From a virus (lineage: Duplodnaviria > Caudoviricetes): DNA of 49,297 nt. The position numbers were made by a program, and so were the translations under genes. The notes below the pieces were generated by a model. The model ran no database searches. It saw only the letters and a list, made by a program, of their open reading frames with translations, and was not told where the DNA came from. The stretch spans positions 1 through 49,297 of the IMG/VR virus record IMGVR_UViG_3300014656_000039, one strand, 5' to 3'. Shown here one piece after another: positions 8,482 to 17,777 of the stretch; positions within the stretch are counted from its first letter, which is position 1; each line of letters starts with the position of its first letter.

Positions 8482-8760
8482 CTAACATTGAGACAGATAA
8501 ACGGTATCAAACGGATTGCTTGTTCCAGTTCCCCACGTTATTTTCCATTCTTTCCAATATGGTTCGTTGCTTTTTCTTTCGGGGACATACCAAGGAATGT
8601 AGGGCACGTACGGATACCGTTCAACTTCCCGCATAATAGGTGGTGAACCTAGCATATCGTTGAGAACGTCCTTAAGTTCTCTCGCAGATTCCAAGGATAA
8701 CTCAATCTCTTTGCCATCAATCTTGAGAATAACCTTTGATACTTTTACCTCTTTGCTCAT
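8482..8760 (-). CDS. Hypothetical protein
   Basis: GAGGAG RBS; IDGKEIELSLESARELKDVL...PYVPY. Confidence 0.65.
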   Translation of the reverse strand: MSKEVKVSKVILKIDGKEIELSLESARELKDVLNDMLGSPPIMREVERYPYVPYIPWYVPERKSNEPYWKEWKITWGTGTSNPFDTVYLSQC

Positions 8761-8815
8761 AAACTCTCCTCTAGTTCAATAATTTTGGGTTTAAACTACC
8801 TTAACTCATTATATT

Positions 8816-9043
8816 CTAACAATAGTAAACCCTATTAAAATACTGCCTCAATAAGTCCGCCTGACAGTGTGCCGTCTGCTCAAACGTCCCTGCCGACATA
8901 TCGCACTCAGGGCATTGATAGCCAGAATAAGGGAAGTACATTATCTGTCCGCCTATGCTTATTTCACCATCAAACACGGTAGGAATCATCTCAACGGCAT
9001 GGTAAGGGCAGACAGGGACTTTAGGCTCCATTTTACTCACCAT
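8816..9043 (-). CDS. Small zinc-ribbon protein (YgiT/MqsA N-terminal-like)
   Basis: CPYH...CPEC. Confidence 0.5.
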   Translation of the reverse strand: MVSKMEPKVPVCPYHAVEMIPTVFDGEISIGGQIMYFPYSGYQCPECDMSAGTFEQTAHCQADLLRQYFNRVYYC

Positions 9044-9049
9044 CCTGAG

Positions 9050-9292
9050 TTAATAGTTGACGTTAATTGTGAATATCTTTTCCTTTTCGAATATGGTATT
9101 GAAGCCAGCACATTCAAAATATTCCCATTCGTCAGGATCTTTTATCTTGCCCCAGTTTTTCTGTACTCCAGTCGTTTTACACCTTCGGTCGTTTTCGCTG
9201 ATCTGTTCGGTAAATACTTTAAATTCTAAAAAATCCTCTCCGTATTGTTCTTTGCGTCTATTTATTGTTTCTATTAAATCCTTGACCTTCAA
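9050..9292 (-). CDS. Hypothetical protein
   Basis: TTG start immediately after speD stop. Confidence 0.55.
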   Translation of the reverse strand: MKVKDLIETINRRKEQYGEDFLEFKVFTEQISENDRRCKTTGVQKNWGKIKDPDEWEYFECAGFNTIFEKEKIFTINVNY

Positions 9293-9293
9293 A

Positions 9294-9656
9294 TTACCAC
9301 TTCCCCCTGTCCACTACCCTGACGTGCACTTCCCCACCGAATATCAGGCGAAAGTAATTCAACACAATCTCGGTGGCGAATGGTTTACAACTGAATATAT
9401 CAGCATAGTATTGCCCTAGTCCGGGGAACGTATGAATCGACACATGAGACTCTTTAATCATCATAAACCCTGAAAATCCGTCACTCTCTGAATGATTTTC
9501 ATTCACCTCTACTATATGAGGTTCGTCCATCAGCTTTTCCATCTCAAGCAGTGGCGGCAACTGACTCAAAATGGCATAGAGTGTATCTCTGCCACGTTCA
9601 CCCTTGAGATTTCTGCGGACGTTTCTGGCATCTATTATGAGATGGGTCCCGACCAT
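9294..9656 (-). CDS. speD: S-adenosylmethionine decarboxylase proenzyme (pyruvoyl-dependent)
   Basis: GTHLIID, GFSGFMMIKESHVSIHTFP (E/S self-cleavage site), DIFSCKPF. Confidence 0.9.
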   Translation of the reverse strand: MVGTHLIIDARNVRRNLKGERGRDTLYAILSQLPPLLEMEKLMDEPHIVEVNENHSESDGFSGFMMIKESHVSIHTFPGLGQYYADIFSCKPFATEIVLNYFRLIFGGEVHVRVVDRGKW

Positions 9657-10084
9657 GCTCTTGCCTCTATAGCATCGAGTAGTTTCTTATGTTCAAATTT
9701 ACCGTCACCATCATAGTCTGCGGCTGTGTAGGTTATTGTTCCCCTCTTATAGATTATCCCGAATAATCTGAATCCTTCTAACGATTGCTCATGTTTAAAA
9801 AACAATATGACGACATCGGCACTATCAGGATCGTCAAGCCATACGTGGAAACCAACTATTTGACCGAGTTTAGAATCAGTATAAACAGCTATGTCCCCCA
9901 TTTTCAATACATCCCATGTACCAAAATCAGGAACATCAACCGGTACTTGGAATTGGTATTCGTGATAGGCAACGACCTTATATCCTGGTTCTACCGATAC
10001 TGCCTTCTTGGGGACAGAAGCACAGGCCATAAGTACCATAAATGTCCCAATTATTGCCAAAATGGAAATAGTTGCTCTTTTCAT
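9635..10084 (-). CDS. Lipoprotein in the lysis region
   Basis: Signal peptide with lipobox-like LMAC; AAGGAGG RBS; follows lysozyme. Confidence 0.6.
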   Translation of the reverse strand: MKRATISILAIIGTFMVLMACASVPKKAVSVEPGYKVVAYHEYQFQVPVDVPDFGTWDVLKMGDIAVYTDSKLGQIVGFHVWLDDPDSADVVILFFKHEQSLEGFRLFGIIYKRGTITYTAADYDGDGKFEHKKLLDAIEARAWSGPIS

Positions 10085-10097
10085 ATTTCACCTCCTT

Positions 10098-10535
10098 TCA
10101 ATTTTCGGTTCCCCGAAGCATTATCCCTGCTAATACTACTGCCCTTTCACCTACCTGCCTGGCCCACGTTGACTCAAGCATCTCATGGGCAGCCTGCTCG
10201 TAATTGCGTTTCTTGATAGCATTAATCATCCTACGGAATAGCCTGAATCGTGTCTTTCCCAAGTTGTAAATCATATCTGCAAGTACGCTACATCTAACAT
10301 TCCCAATATCCTCAAGTACATCTATGGTGAAAACTGATTGCAGGTCGTCAATAGCCTTCAATGCTCTGCTATTAAGGAGATATTCAGCTTCTTCAAGGGT
10401 AATGCCATCCTCTAGGTTCAAACCAAAGCCTATCGTTAATACACCTACAGTGTCTTTGTATGGCTTGAGGCATAAGCCCTCTTCTTTCTTGAGCCGCTTC
10501 TGCGTAGATACTGCTATGGAATATTTGTCAAACAT
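10098..10535 (-). CDS. Endolysin, T4-lysozyme-like (GH24)
   Basis: EEGLCLKPYKDTVGVLTIGFG catalytic E-D-T triad; MLESTWARQVGERA. Confidence 0.92.
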   Translation of the reverse strand: MFDKYSIAVSTQKRLKKEEGLCLKPYKDTVGVLTIGFGLNLEDGITLEEAEYLLNSRALKAIDDLQSVFTIDVLEDIGNVRCSVLADMIYNLGKTRFRLFRRMINAIKKRNYEQAAHEMLESTWARQVGERAVVLAGIMLRGTEN

Positions 10536-10537
10536 GA

Positions 10538-10774
10538 TTACCCTTTAGGCCATTTTCCCATTGTCAGCACTGCTATGAAGCCACCAACAAAACCTGATGC
10601 CCCTGATATAAAACCATGTACATATTTACGATTCTCCAATTTATTAATTCTTCCGGCATTGCTAGAAATACACTGTTCAATAGCTCCAAACTTCGCATCG
10701 AGATACCGTTGGTGTTCTTCCTTGTAGGCCTGCATAAAGGCAGTCTTAATTATTTCAAGGTCTTTACCATTCAT
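10538..10774 (-). CDS. Small membrane protein upstream of endolysin (holin/antiholin-like)
   Basis: Coiled coil plus C-terminal GG-rich transmembrane helix. Confidence 0.55.
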   Translation of the reverse strand: MNGKDLEIIKTAFMQAYKEEHQRYLDAKFGAIEQCISSNAGRINKLENRKYVHGFISGASGFVGGFIAVLTMGKWPKG

Positions 10775-10784
10775 ACTTCAACCC

Positions 10785-10973
10785 CTATGGATAGCTAATA
10801 TCGGTACAGGTAGTAGTCGTATAAGCTATGTCTGTTTTCACCCTTGAACCGTCACAGTTATATTCTACATTATCGCAGTAAATATCCGTGTTATCGCACA
10901 TAATCCCATAGCCTGAAGCCGTATCATAGTAGGTAGTGGTTGCGTAGGATATATCGGTGTAGGAAGTTGCCAT
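10785..10973 (-). CDS. Small Thr/Tyr/Asp-rich repeat protein
   Basis: TDISY at both ends; CDN/CDN/CDG repeat; AAGGA RBS. Confidence 0.55.
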   Translation of the reverse strand: MATSYTDISYATTTYYDTASGYGIMCDNTDIYCDNVEYNCDGSRVKTDIAYTTTTCTDISYP

Positions 10974-10976
10974 CTG

Positions 10977-11222
10977 CTATTTCCTTAAAGGGATTGTCTG
11001 CCCTGCGGTTGTTTCCATTTTATTATGCTCGGACTCAAACCGCTTGGGGCAAAACTTGAAAAAGTGTGTTAGGGGTACTTCAATTCTCGTCTTGTCTTCT
11101 AGGAGGAACCATCTATGAGTACCAATTTCAAGCAATCCATCGCCAACAACGCTATCAGAAAGCAATTTCCAACGCCTTCTTGGTTTATCCTGTCGCTTAG
11201 TCCAGACACTATATCTCATCAT
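10977..11222 (-). CDS. Hypothetical protein
   Basis: ATGA overlap with upstream ORF. Confidence 0.55.
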   Translation of the reverse strand: MMRYSVWTKRQDKPRRRWKLLSDSVVGDGLLEIGTHRWFLLEDKTRIEVPLTHFFKFCPKRFESEHNKMETTAGQTIPLRK

Positions 11223-11425
11223 AGTTCTATATCGACTTCTCTATAAGATGGAATTATGTTTTTTATCGTTAATAGTCTGTTTATTTCAGCCTTAACCTTA
11301 GTATTAATTTCCTTTTCAGTAGCTTTAGATGGTACGTAAATACAACCCTTTGCCGATGGGTATTCAAAGCATACTTCTAAGTGTCCATCCAATAAATCTT
11401 TCGTCCGTATTTCAATAATTGTCAT
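11219..11425 (-). CDS. Hypothetical protein (possible fibre chaperone)
   Basis: Directly follows tail fibre. Confidence 0.5.
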   Translation of the reverse strand: MTIIEIRTKDLLDGHLEVCFEYPSAKGCIYVPSKATEKEINTKVKAEINRLLTIKNIIPSYREVDIEL

Positions 11426-11426
11426 G

Positions 11427-12824
11427 TTACCAAACCTTCATAAGATAGAATGCTGTTAAGAATAATGGTCGGTTCTCTGTGTTGCTGGCAGCATCGCTCG
11501 TAACCGCATTATTCGTTACACTATGGGCAGAATGGGCAGTTATGTCTTGGCTGAAGGTATGAGTATGGGCTGCCCCGACTGCCGAAGTCCCCGTAACTGC
11601 TGTCGTAGCCGACCCTTTACTGTCGGTATAATATCCTGGCGTTGCTGCACCCAATCCCTCTGCTCCACCTGTGCCTGACCCCAAAGCATGAGTATGGGCA
11701 TCATTTACCACAAAAGACCCTGCGGCATGGGTATGGGTAGCCTCGGTATTGAGTGCCAAGGCAGTATGATTGCTGTGCGCACCTACTGCTACATTAGTTG
11801 TTACTCCGTGTGTATGAGCCATCGTGCTTGAGCCGCCGATAGCCCCGCACGTTGTATCGCCTTCGATAAATCTATCATCGGTGAGGTTAGGTAAGTACCT
11901 ACTTGCCCCATTAAATATCGTTGAAGTAGCAAGGTTAAGGGCAGCACCACTACAGACGTACCAACCAAAGGCGTTCAACAACGTATTTACGGCGGCTACG
12001 GTATTGGCTGTTCCCAACACCCTTGTATATGTACCATTGCTACCATCTTGAAAATACCCGCCTATCCATGCTATAATACAACCCTCTGGCATAAGTTTAT
12101 TATTAGCGGGTAAACTCAGCGTGATAGAACCAGCCCCATTCGTTACTGTTATTTCATTTGCCGTACCCGTAAGAGTTGCCAAGACAGGATCGGTTGCCCC
12201 ATCTCCTATAGGGATTTGTCCATTAGTGGCTACTCCGAGGGCTGTTATAGCACCCGTACCAGAGCCAACTAGAAGTCCCCCATCTGTTAGGGTTGGTGCT
12301 CCTGTTCCCCCTAACGCTACCGTCAATGGTACTAACTGCGCCTGAAACCACGCCCTCTTATCGGTAGATACCGTTTGGAGACCCCCGGCACAAGTAACCT
12401 GTCTAATCGGTATTTTCCCCGAAGTAAACCCCGTAGTATTACGTGATACAACACCGCTGGTATTGACTTCTATGTAATTAACAGCAGTATTGGTAAGGCT
12501 GATAGTGCCGGTCGCTATCGTGGTAATGGTATTATCAAGGCGAATATTACCGCCTATATATCCCCAGGTCAGTCCGGTGGTAGTGTCGGCATTTTCGTTT
12601 AAGACGTTAGCAAGTGTTATTGCAGAAGCGGTATCAACGTAGATTTCTGCAAGTGCTGATTCAACTTCGGTAGCAGCCATATTATCAGCAGTGTCCTTTA
12701 CTCCAATGCAGGATGCCCCTTTGTTAGCAGCTACAGAAGCTAGGTCGTCAATTATAGTATTGACTGCATCGAAACCTGCCGAGATGGTTGTTGTGGATTT
12801 TGGGTCTACTTTGGTAAGTGCCAT
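11427..12824 (-). CDS. Tail fibre protein with collar-like domain
   Basis: G/T/A-rich; PLTVALGGTG, GWYVCSG...LPNLTDDRF, HTH-metal repeats, ENRPLFLTAFYLMKV terminus. Confidence 0.85.
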   Translation of the reverse strand: MALTKVDPKSTTTISAGFDAVNTIIDDLASVAANKGASCIGVKDTADNMAATEVESALAEIYVDTASAITLANVLNENADTTTGLTWGYIGGNIRLDNTITTIATGTISLTNTAVNYIEVNTSGVVSRNTTGFTSGKIPIRQVTCAGGLQTVSTDKRAWFQAQLVPLTVALGGTGAPTLTDGGLLVGSGTGAITALGVATNGQIPIGDGATDPVLATLTGTANEITVTNGAGSITLSLPANNKLMPEGCIIAWIGGYFQDGSNGTYTRVLGTANTVAAVNTLLNAFGWYVCSGAALNLATSTIFNGASRYLPNLTDDRFIEGDTTCGAIGGSSTMAHTHGVTTNVAVGAHSNHTALALNTEATHTHAAGSFVVNDAHTHALGSGTGGAEGLGAATPGYYTDSKGSATTAVTGTSAVGAAHTHTFSQDITAHSAHSVTNNAVTSDAASNTENRPLFLTAFYLMKVW

Positions 12825-15800
12825 TATTTTTCCTTTACTTGAGATAAATCGGTTATCTTTTCAGTTAATCGTTCTATCTTTTCGTTGGTAGTTTTATACA
12901 ATTTCTCAATCGCTTTTGGATCTTGTTTGTCCATTGTAGTAAGTCGCCAGTATTCTCTCCTAAACTCTTTCTTAACTATGTCTATCTTACCTCTTAATTC
13001 TCCAGTCCTGCGTCCATAGACTTCATTGTAATCTATCGCCCTGAATTTGATACCAAGCATAGTGTCAAATATAGCATCAGTAAGAGAACGGTCACGGCCC
13101 ATCCAATCTTTCTCACCGTAATAGGCAGCCATTAACTTATTGAAAGAATACGAACCAGCTAGAGAGGGAACGGCCTGTCTCCATATCTGAGTGCCTATTT
13201 TCTTCATGTAATCCGAAGTTTCGTCTATGTCTTTGTCGGTTAAGTCTTTATCAGAAAACAAAATTGAATCATGGGCAATCTCGCTAAGAGTTACCCATAG
13301 CGGAAGATTCGGCAATAATGGACGAAAGGTTAATCTCGACTGCCCCCATTGTTCACCTACATCACCCCACGGCATAATAAAAGTTAAGTCTAAGTATCGT
13401 GATCTACCAAATTTATCCTTTAATCCTACCCTTGCGTGTCCTAACTGCCCAGGAAAGATGCTATGCTGCATATAATCCGGTAAGACCTTCTTTTCAAGTT
13501 CGATTTGATGCTTAGATTCGCCCTGATACTGTCTCACTATTTCTTCGGCAGTTTTGAGCAATAATAGATACTTTGCAACACGCCACGGAGTACGGATTGT
13601 AGCTTCTGCAAATCTCGGCAATGCCTTATATGAGAATGTGATAAACGGACTATACCATCTCTTTGCCCATCGAATAACGGGTGGTATCTTCTGGTAGTTA
13701 AATATCCACTTCTCGGCATGTTTAGCAGCATCTTTTATGGATGCCCCCTGTTCTCGTTGGTGTATGAATATTGCTAGTTTAAATAACTGTTCTATGCCCT
13801 GATATGCTTTCCCTGGCTTGTCAGCAAGACTACGAGCTACATTGGCAGATTGTACCAGCCAACCTCCATTGGCGGATTTTAGTTTACTTGCATCCGATAG
13901 GAATTTATGTGTTTCTGCTTCTGCCCATTCAGTTCCAAGTAACGGTGTTTGCTTAGCTTCTTTCCAATAGCCAGACTTAGTTAGTAAGTCGTGAGCTGCC
14001 CTTGCGTATATATCTACTCTAGTCTGTGGCAATCCACCAAAATCCGCAAGGATAGAGTTAGACAACAGATTTCTAAACTGAGTAGCAGGATTGTAAACCA
14101 CCTTGCCAGTTTTCCATAGACTCAACGCCTTATCCCATGCCTTTATTAAGTCGCTTCTCAAAACAACTGCTTGGTTCAAGTCATCCCATATATAAGGGTC
14201 TATCAACTTACTAGAGAGAGGCCCCAACTTATCAGACACAGGCATGGGTTTGAAATTCTCATATTTAGGAACTAAGTCAGCCATTGCAGGGTTACTTCTT
14301 ATTTGTGCAAGGTGTTCAGCAGATATACTCCAGTCTTTGTTCTTTGCTACCTCTTGAAACATTCTCATCAGTTCAAGATCGTGCGTTTCTTCTGATAATC
14401 CCCGGTAAACAAGATACGGGGCTTTCTGAATCTCACCAAGTGCCTTTCTTTGCTCATAACTTAAATCCTTACGTTGAATGGTATAGGTCTTTTTCAGTCG
14501 TGGTTTCTTGATATATTTGAGAAGGTCAGCAAAGAATTTCTTTTCATTTTCAATCTTCTCATAAGCACGTCTGAGATAGAGTTGCCCGGCAGTCTTATAG
14601 TGTAATTGGATTCGTTTCAAGATGTCATTGCGCTTACCGTCCAATTTGTTTATTTCTTTTATGATACTACCCCTAGCCCTTGCCATCATAGACGGGCTAT
14701 AGGTAACTAACTTCTCAATCTCCTGAGTAATCGTTCTGGTAACAGTCTTTTCAACTATTTCCCTGATTTCTTTAATCGTACCAGTCTTTCCTTCAAGCGG
14801 AATGACACTCTCCTTAACTCTCCTAACCATCTGGTCGGCTTCGCCTTCGGCAAAACCTCTAGCAGTTAAGGCTTCCTTAACGCGCTGTTCGTTCAGTTCC
14901 GTCCATTTTGTTACCTTTGCTTCGTACAATCCCTCGGTAGCAGTCTCGCTACGAGATGTTATGTCCTCGGATACTTGCTCGGATACCTTTCTCGTTATCG
15001 GGCTAATCTTCGTAATAGGCCGTAATTTCTTGGTTAAGACCTCCATCTTGCTTTCAAGGTCTTTTATTTCCTTGAATTTACCTGCCAGTTCCTTACGAGT
15101 GAATTTCCTTAGAAATGTATCCTTGCTTAGAATACCGATGTCTTGTAGTTCATTCTCTAAGCGTTGAAACTCGTTCATAGCCTCAATAGCTGTACCATAT
15201 CGTTTCGGCATTGTAGTTATAGAGCCTTTGATAATCTGTGCTATACGTATCTGCTCTGGCCCCGGAAACTTAGCAATAGCCTGTGCGATCTCTTTGGCCT
15301 TTTCTCTGTATTGCGATATTTTCAGTTGCGTATCATCCCGTAAATCTATAAACGCAGGGTCTTTGCGGTAATCGGTAATCAACCCCTTATTTATCCTATC
15401 TATCAATTCGCTTTTCTTGCCTGCCATAACAGGGGCTTGTTCGGCTATGTAATTCCAGAGAGGGTCGCCTACGTGTTTCTGGTATAAGTCTCTGAGAGGC
15501 TTGAGAACCTTTTTGTCTATTTTGGTGAAGGGAATACCAGAGAAGAGTTCAACGTTGTCTCGGTTTTGTACCCTGCCTACTGGTTCAGAAGAGAGCTTTT
15601 CGGTAGCCTTAACCATTGCATCCGCTGCTTTCACCGTTGCTTTGAATTTAGCAATCGGATCAATTAGCTTTGTATCTTCTAGTTTAATTAGTCTTTGCTT
15701 TTCTCTTCCTGCCTTCCCCTTCATAAGTTCGCTGAAGTAATAGTAATTTCCGTCTTTAAGTTTGAAAACAAGTCTATTTTTATATGACCCTACACCCTCA

Positions 15801-17758
15801 TCTAATCTTTGTTCGGTTTTGGGGTCTAAATTTTCTCTTAGATATTTATTTGTGACATCTGCTAAACGAGATGGATTTTCCTCGAAAGTACGAGATAAGT
15901 CTTTGATCCCCTTCCCCAACTCAGGGTACTCAGCGAGGACGTTAGCGGGAACAGCCTTGCCTTCGGAGAGGGCTTGTTTGACAGACTGGCGGTGCATCTT
16001 TTTTACATCGCCAATTCCTGCTCTAATTTGAACATCTTGTAGAACTTCTCGATATGGCTTGTTCCAAATCTTTAGGGAATCTACCCAATTTGAGGCAGCA
16101 ATAGGATGGGTTCGCAACAAAGATTCCCTTGCGGTTTCAGGCAAAGACTCAAGAACCTTGGCACTTATATCTGTATTTCTTGGGGAATCTGCAATCGCCC
16201 GAATATGGGCATCTTCCCACATTTTTATTTGTGCCTTATCAATTTCACCTTCCTCAACGCCTGATTTAATTACACGCTTTTTGTTGTATTGGATGGCTTC
16301 CTCAACGGTCATCTCCCACGGTTCCTTCCCCTTGCCAACGGGGGAGGGGGGCTTGGCTTTTGCTAGTTCTCTCTCTGCCCATTCTCTTGAAAATTGTGCT
16401 ACTGTATATTGTTTTTTCTGTACCTTACCATTAACAACCTTTACGAAAAATGGGTGTCCTTGGTCAGTAAAAGCCTCTACTTGCCATTCAAGACCATCAG
16501 GAGTTTTGTATTTTTTACCTATTAATGGAGAAAATTTCTCGTTGGCTGCAATAGTACGGATTGCAACATGTTCATAGCCTTTGGGCATTTCTAATATACG
16601 GTCAATTAATGGGTCGCCTTGATGCTCTTCCAAGGTATAACGAGGTATCCGTTTACCTTCATAGATAGACTGTTTAATTTCAGCCAAACTTATTTTGTCG
16701 GTAGGCTTCACCCCCTCTACCTTCGGGGCTGCCTTTATCGTAGGGGTAACTGGCTTGGGGGGTTCAACCTTCGTTAATTCCTTCCCCTTAGTCTCAAAGT
16801 CGTATTCTGGTTCGGCTTTTGCTACCGCAACTTCACGCTTACCAAGTTCTGCCAGTTTAGACGGCTTACGCTCTGCCCATATCTGCCTCTGTGCTTCTGC
16901 ACCTAATTTAGTCGTGGGTTTCTTGCCAGGATATTCTAGTTCTATCGGTGGTACGGGCTTAGCTGCTTCCGGTGCAACAGGAGTAACCTTCGGGGCTTCC
17001 CCTCTTGCCCTTACCCCCAACATCGTATCAAATTGCTCTTTAAACGCTGTCTTTCGCCATGTAGGGTTATTGAGGTTTCTGAGTATTTGGGCATCCTTCA
17101 TACCCTGTGCTTGCATATTCTCTACGGTAAGGACGGTAAGGCCGCGTTCTTTATTCGTAGCCATCCTAAACCAAGTGCTTTCCTTGAGATACTGCATTAA
17201 GGGCTTATTCCAATTCTTCTCAAAGAACGGTATCTTTTTGAGTAACGCACCAATGCCCTTACCAGCATATTTGAGAGCATAAGGAGCCAACGCCCATCCC
17301 GCGGTTTCGCCTAAGATTTCTACTCGTTGTAATTCGGGGGGTAGGTTAGCAAACTCTTCTCTCTTCTCAGGAGAAACAATCTTCTCACCACCAGGAAGCA
17401 GACTGGCAATAGCATATCTAGCAGCCATAAGGTTAGGATGCTCTCTTGCCATTTCAGCCTCTTGTTCAGGAGTCATTAAGAAGCCTTTTTCTTTATAGAA
17501 ATCAATGGCCGTCTCTATAGGTTTCTGTAAGTACCCCAACCCTTCCGGCAACTCACCAAAGAGAGCACCTTTTGCTAAATCAACGGCAGGAATAATTAGA
17601 CTAGAAGTAATGCTACGACCTATCCCCTGTGGTTCCGGAGGAGGCTCGTCCCAAAAGGCAACCCCTCTTTTCTCGAAATCATATTCTGCTGGTGCTACTG
17701 GCAATTCTTTCTTCTCGTCCCAAAAGGCAGCACCACGTTTTTCAAAGTCTAAATTCAC
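12824..17758 (-). CDS. Large internal virion / ejection protein (1644 aa, large polyvalent protein-like)
   Basis: Position after smaller ejection genes; helical; NPATQFRNLLSN and PFITFSYK motifs typical of podophage ejected proteins. Confidence 0.7.
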   Translation of the reverse strand: MNLDFEKRGAAFWDEKKELPVAPAEYDFEKRGVAFWDEPPPEPQGIGRSITSSLIIPAVDLAKGALFGELPEGLGYLQKPIETAIDFYKEKGFLMTPEQEAEMAREHPNLMAARYAIASLLPGGEKIVSPEKREEFANLPPELQRVEILGETAGWALAPYALKYAGKGIGALLKKIPFFEKNWNKPLMQYLKESTWFRMATNKERGLTVLTVENMQAQGMKDAQILRNLNNPTWRKTAFKEQFDTMLGVRARGEAPKVTPVAPEAAKPVPPIELEYPGKKPTTKLGAEAQRQIWAERKPSKLAELGKREVAVAKAEPEYDFETKGKELTKVEPPKPVTPTIKAAPKVEGVKPTDKISLAEIKQSIYEGKRIPRYTLEEHQGDPLIDRILEMPKGYEHVAIRTIAANEKFSPLIGKKYKTPDGLEWQVEAFTDQGHPFFVKVVNGKVQKKQYTVAQFSREWAERELAKAKPPSPVGKGKEPWEMTVEEAIQYNKKRVIKSGVEEGEIDKAQIKMWEDAHIRAIADSPRNTDISAKVLESLPETARESLLRTHPIAASNWVDSLKIWNKPYREVLQDVQIRAGIGDVKKMHRQSVKQALSEGKAVPANVLAEYPELGKGIKDLSRTFEENPSRLADVTNKYLRENLDPKTEQRLDEGVGSYKNRLVFKLKDGNYYYFSELMKGKAGREKQRLIKLEDTKLIDPIAKFKATVKAADAMVKATEKLSSEPVGRVQNRDNVELFSGIPFTKIDKKVLKPLRDLYQKHVGDPLWNYIAEQAPVMAGKKSELIDRINKGLITDYRKDPAFIDLRDDTQLKISQYREKAKEIAQAIAKFPGPEQIRIAQIIKGSITTMPKRYGTAIEAMNEFQRLENELQDIGILSKDTFLRKFTRKELAGKFKEIKDLESKMEVLTKKLRPITKISPITRKVSEQVSEDITSRSETATEGLYEAKVTKWTELNEQRVKEALTARGFAEGEADQMVRRVKESVIPLEGKTGTIKEIREIVEKTVTRTITQEIEKLVTYSPSMMARARGSIIKEINKLDGKRNDILKRIQLHYKTAGQLYLRRAYEKIENEKKFFADLLKYIKKPRLKKTYTIQRKDLSYEQRKALGEIQKAPYLVYRGLSEETHDLELMRMFQEVAKNKDWSISAEHLAQIRSNPAMADLVPKYENFKPMPVSDKLGPLSSKLIDPYIWDDLNQAVVLRSDLIKAWDKALSLWKTGKVVYNPATQFRNLLSNSILADFGGLPQTRVDIYARAAHDLLTKSGYWKEAKQTPLLGTEWAEAETHKFLSDASKLKSANGGWLVQSANVARSLADKPGKAYQGIEQLFKLAIFIHQREQGASIKDAAKHAEKWIFNYQKIPPVIRWAKRWYSPFITFSYKALPRFAEATIRTPWRVAKYLLLLKTAEEIVRQYQGESKHQIELEKKVLPDYMQHSIFPGQLGHARVGLKDKFGRSRYLDLTFIMPWGDVGEQWGQSRLTFRPLLPNLPLWVTLSEIAHDSILFSDKDLTDKDIDETSDYMKKIGTQIWRQAVPSLAGSYSFNKLMAAYYGEKDWMGRDRSLTDAIFDTMLGIKFRAIDYNEVYGRRTGELRGKIDIVKKEFRREYWRLTTMDKQDPKAIEKLYKTTNEKIERLTEKITDLSQVKEK

Positions 17759-17777
17759 TTATTCCCTCGCCATAAAC

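Noticed and set aside
12824-17758. Tape measure protein or virion RNA polymerase
   Set aside because: No tail tube/sheath genes, neighbours are podovirus-type, and no polymerase motifs were recognised
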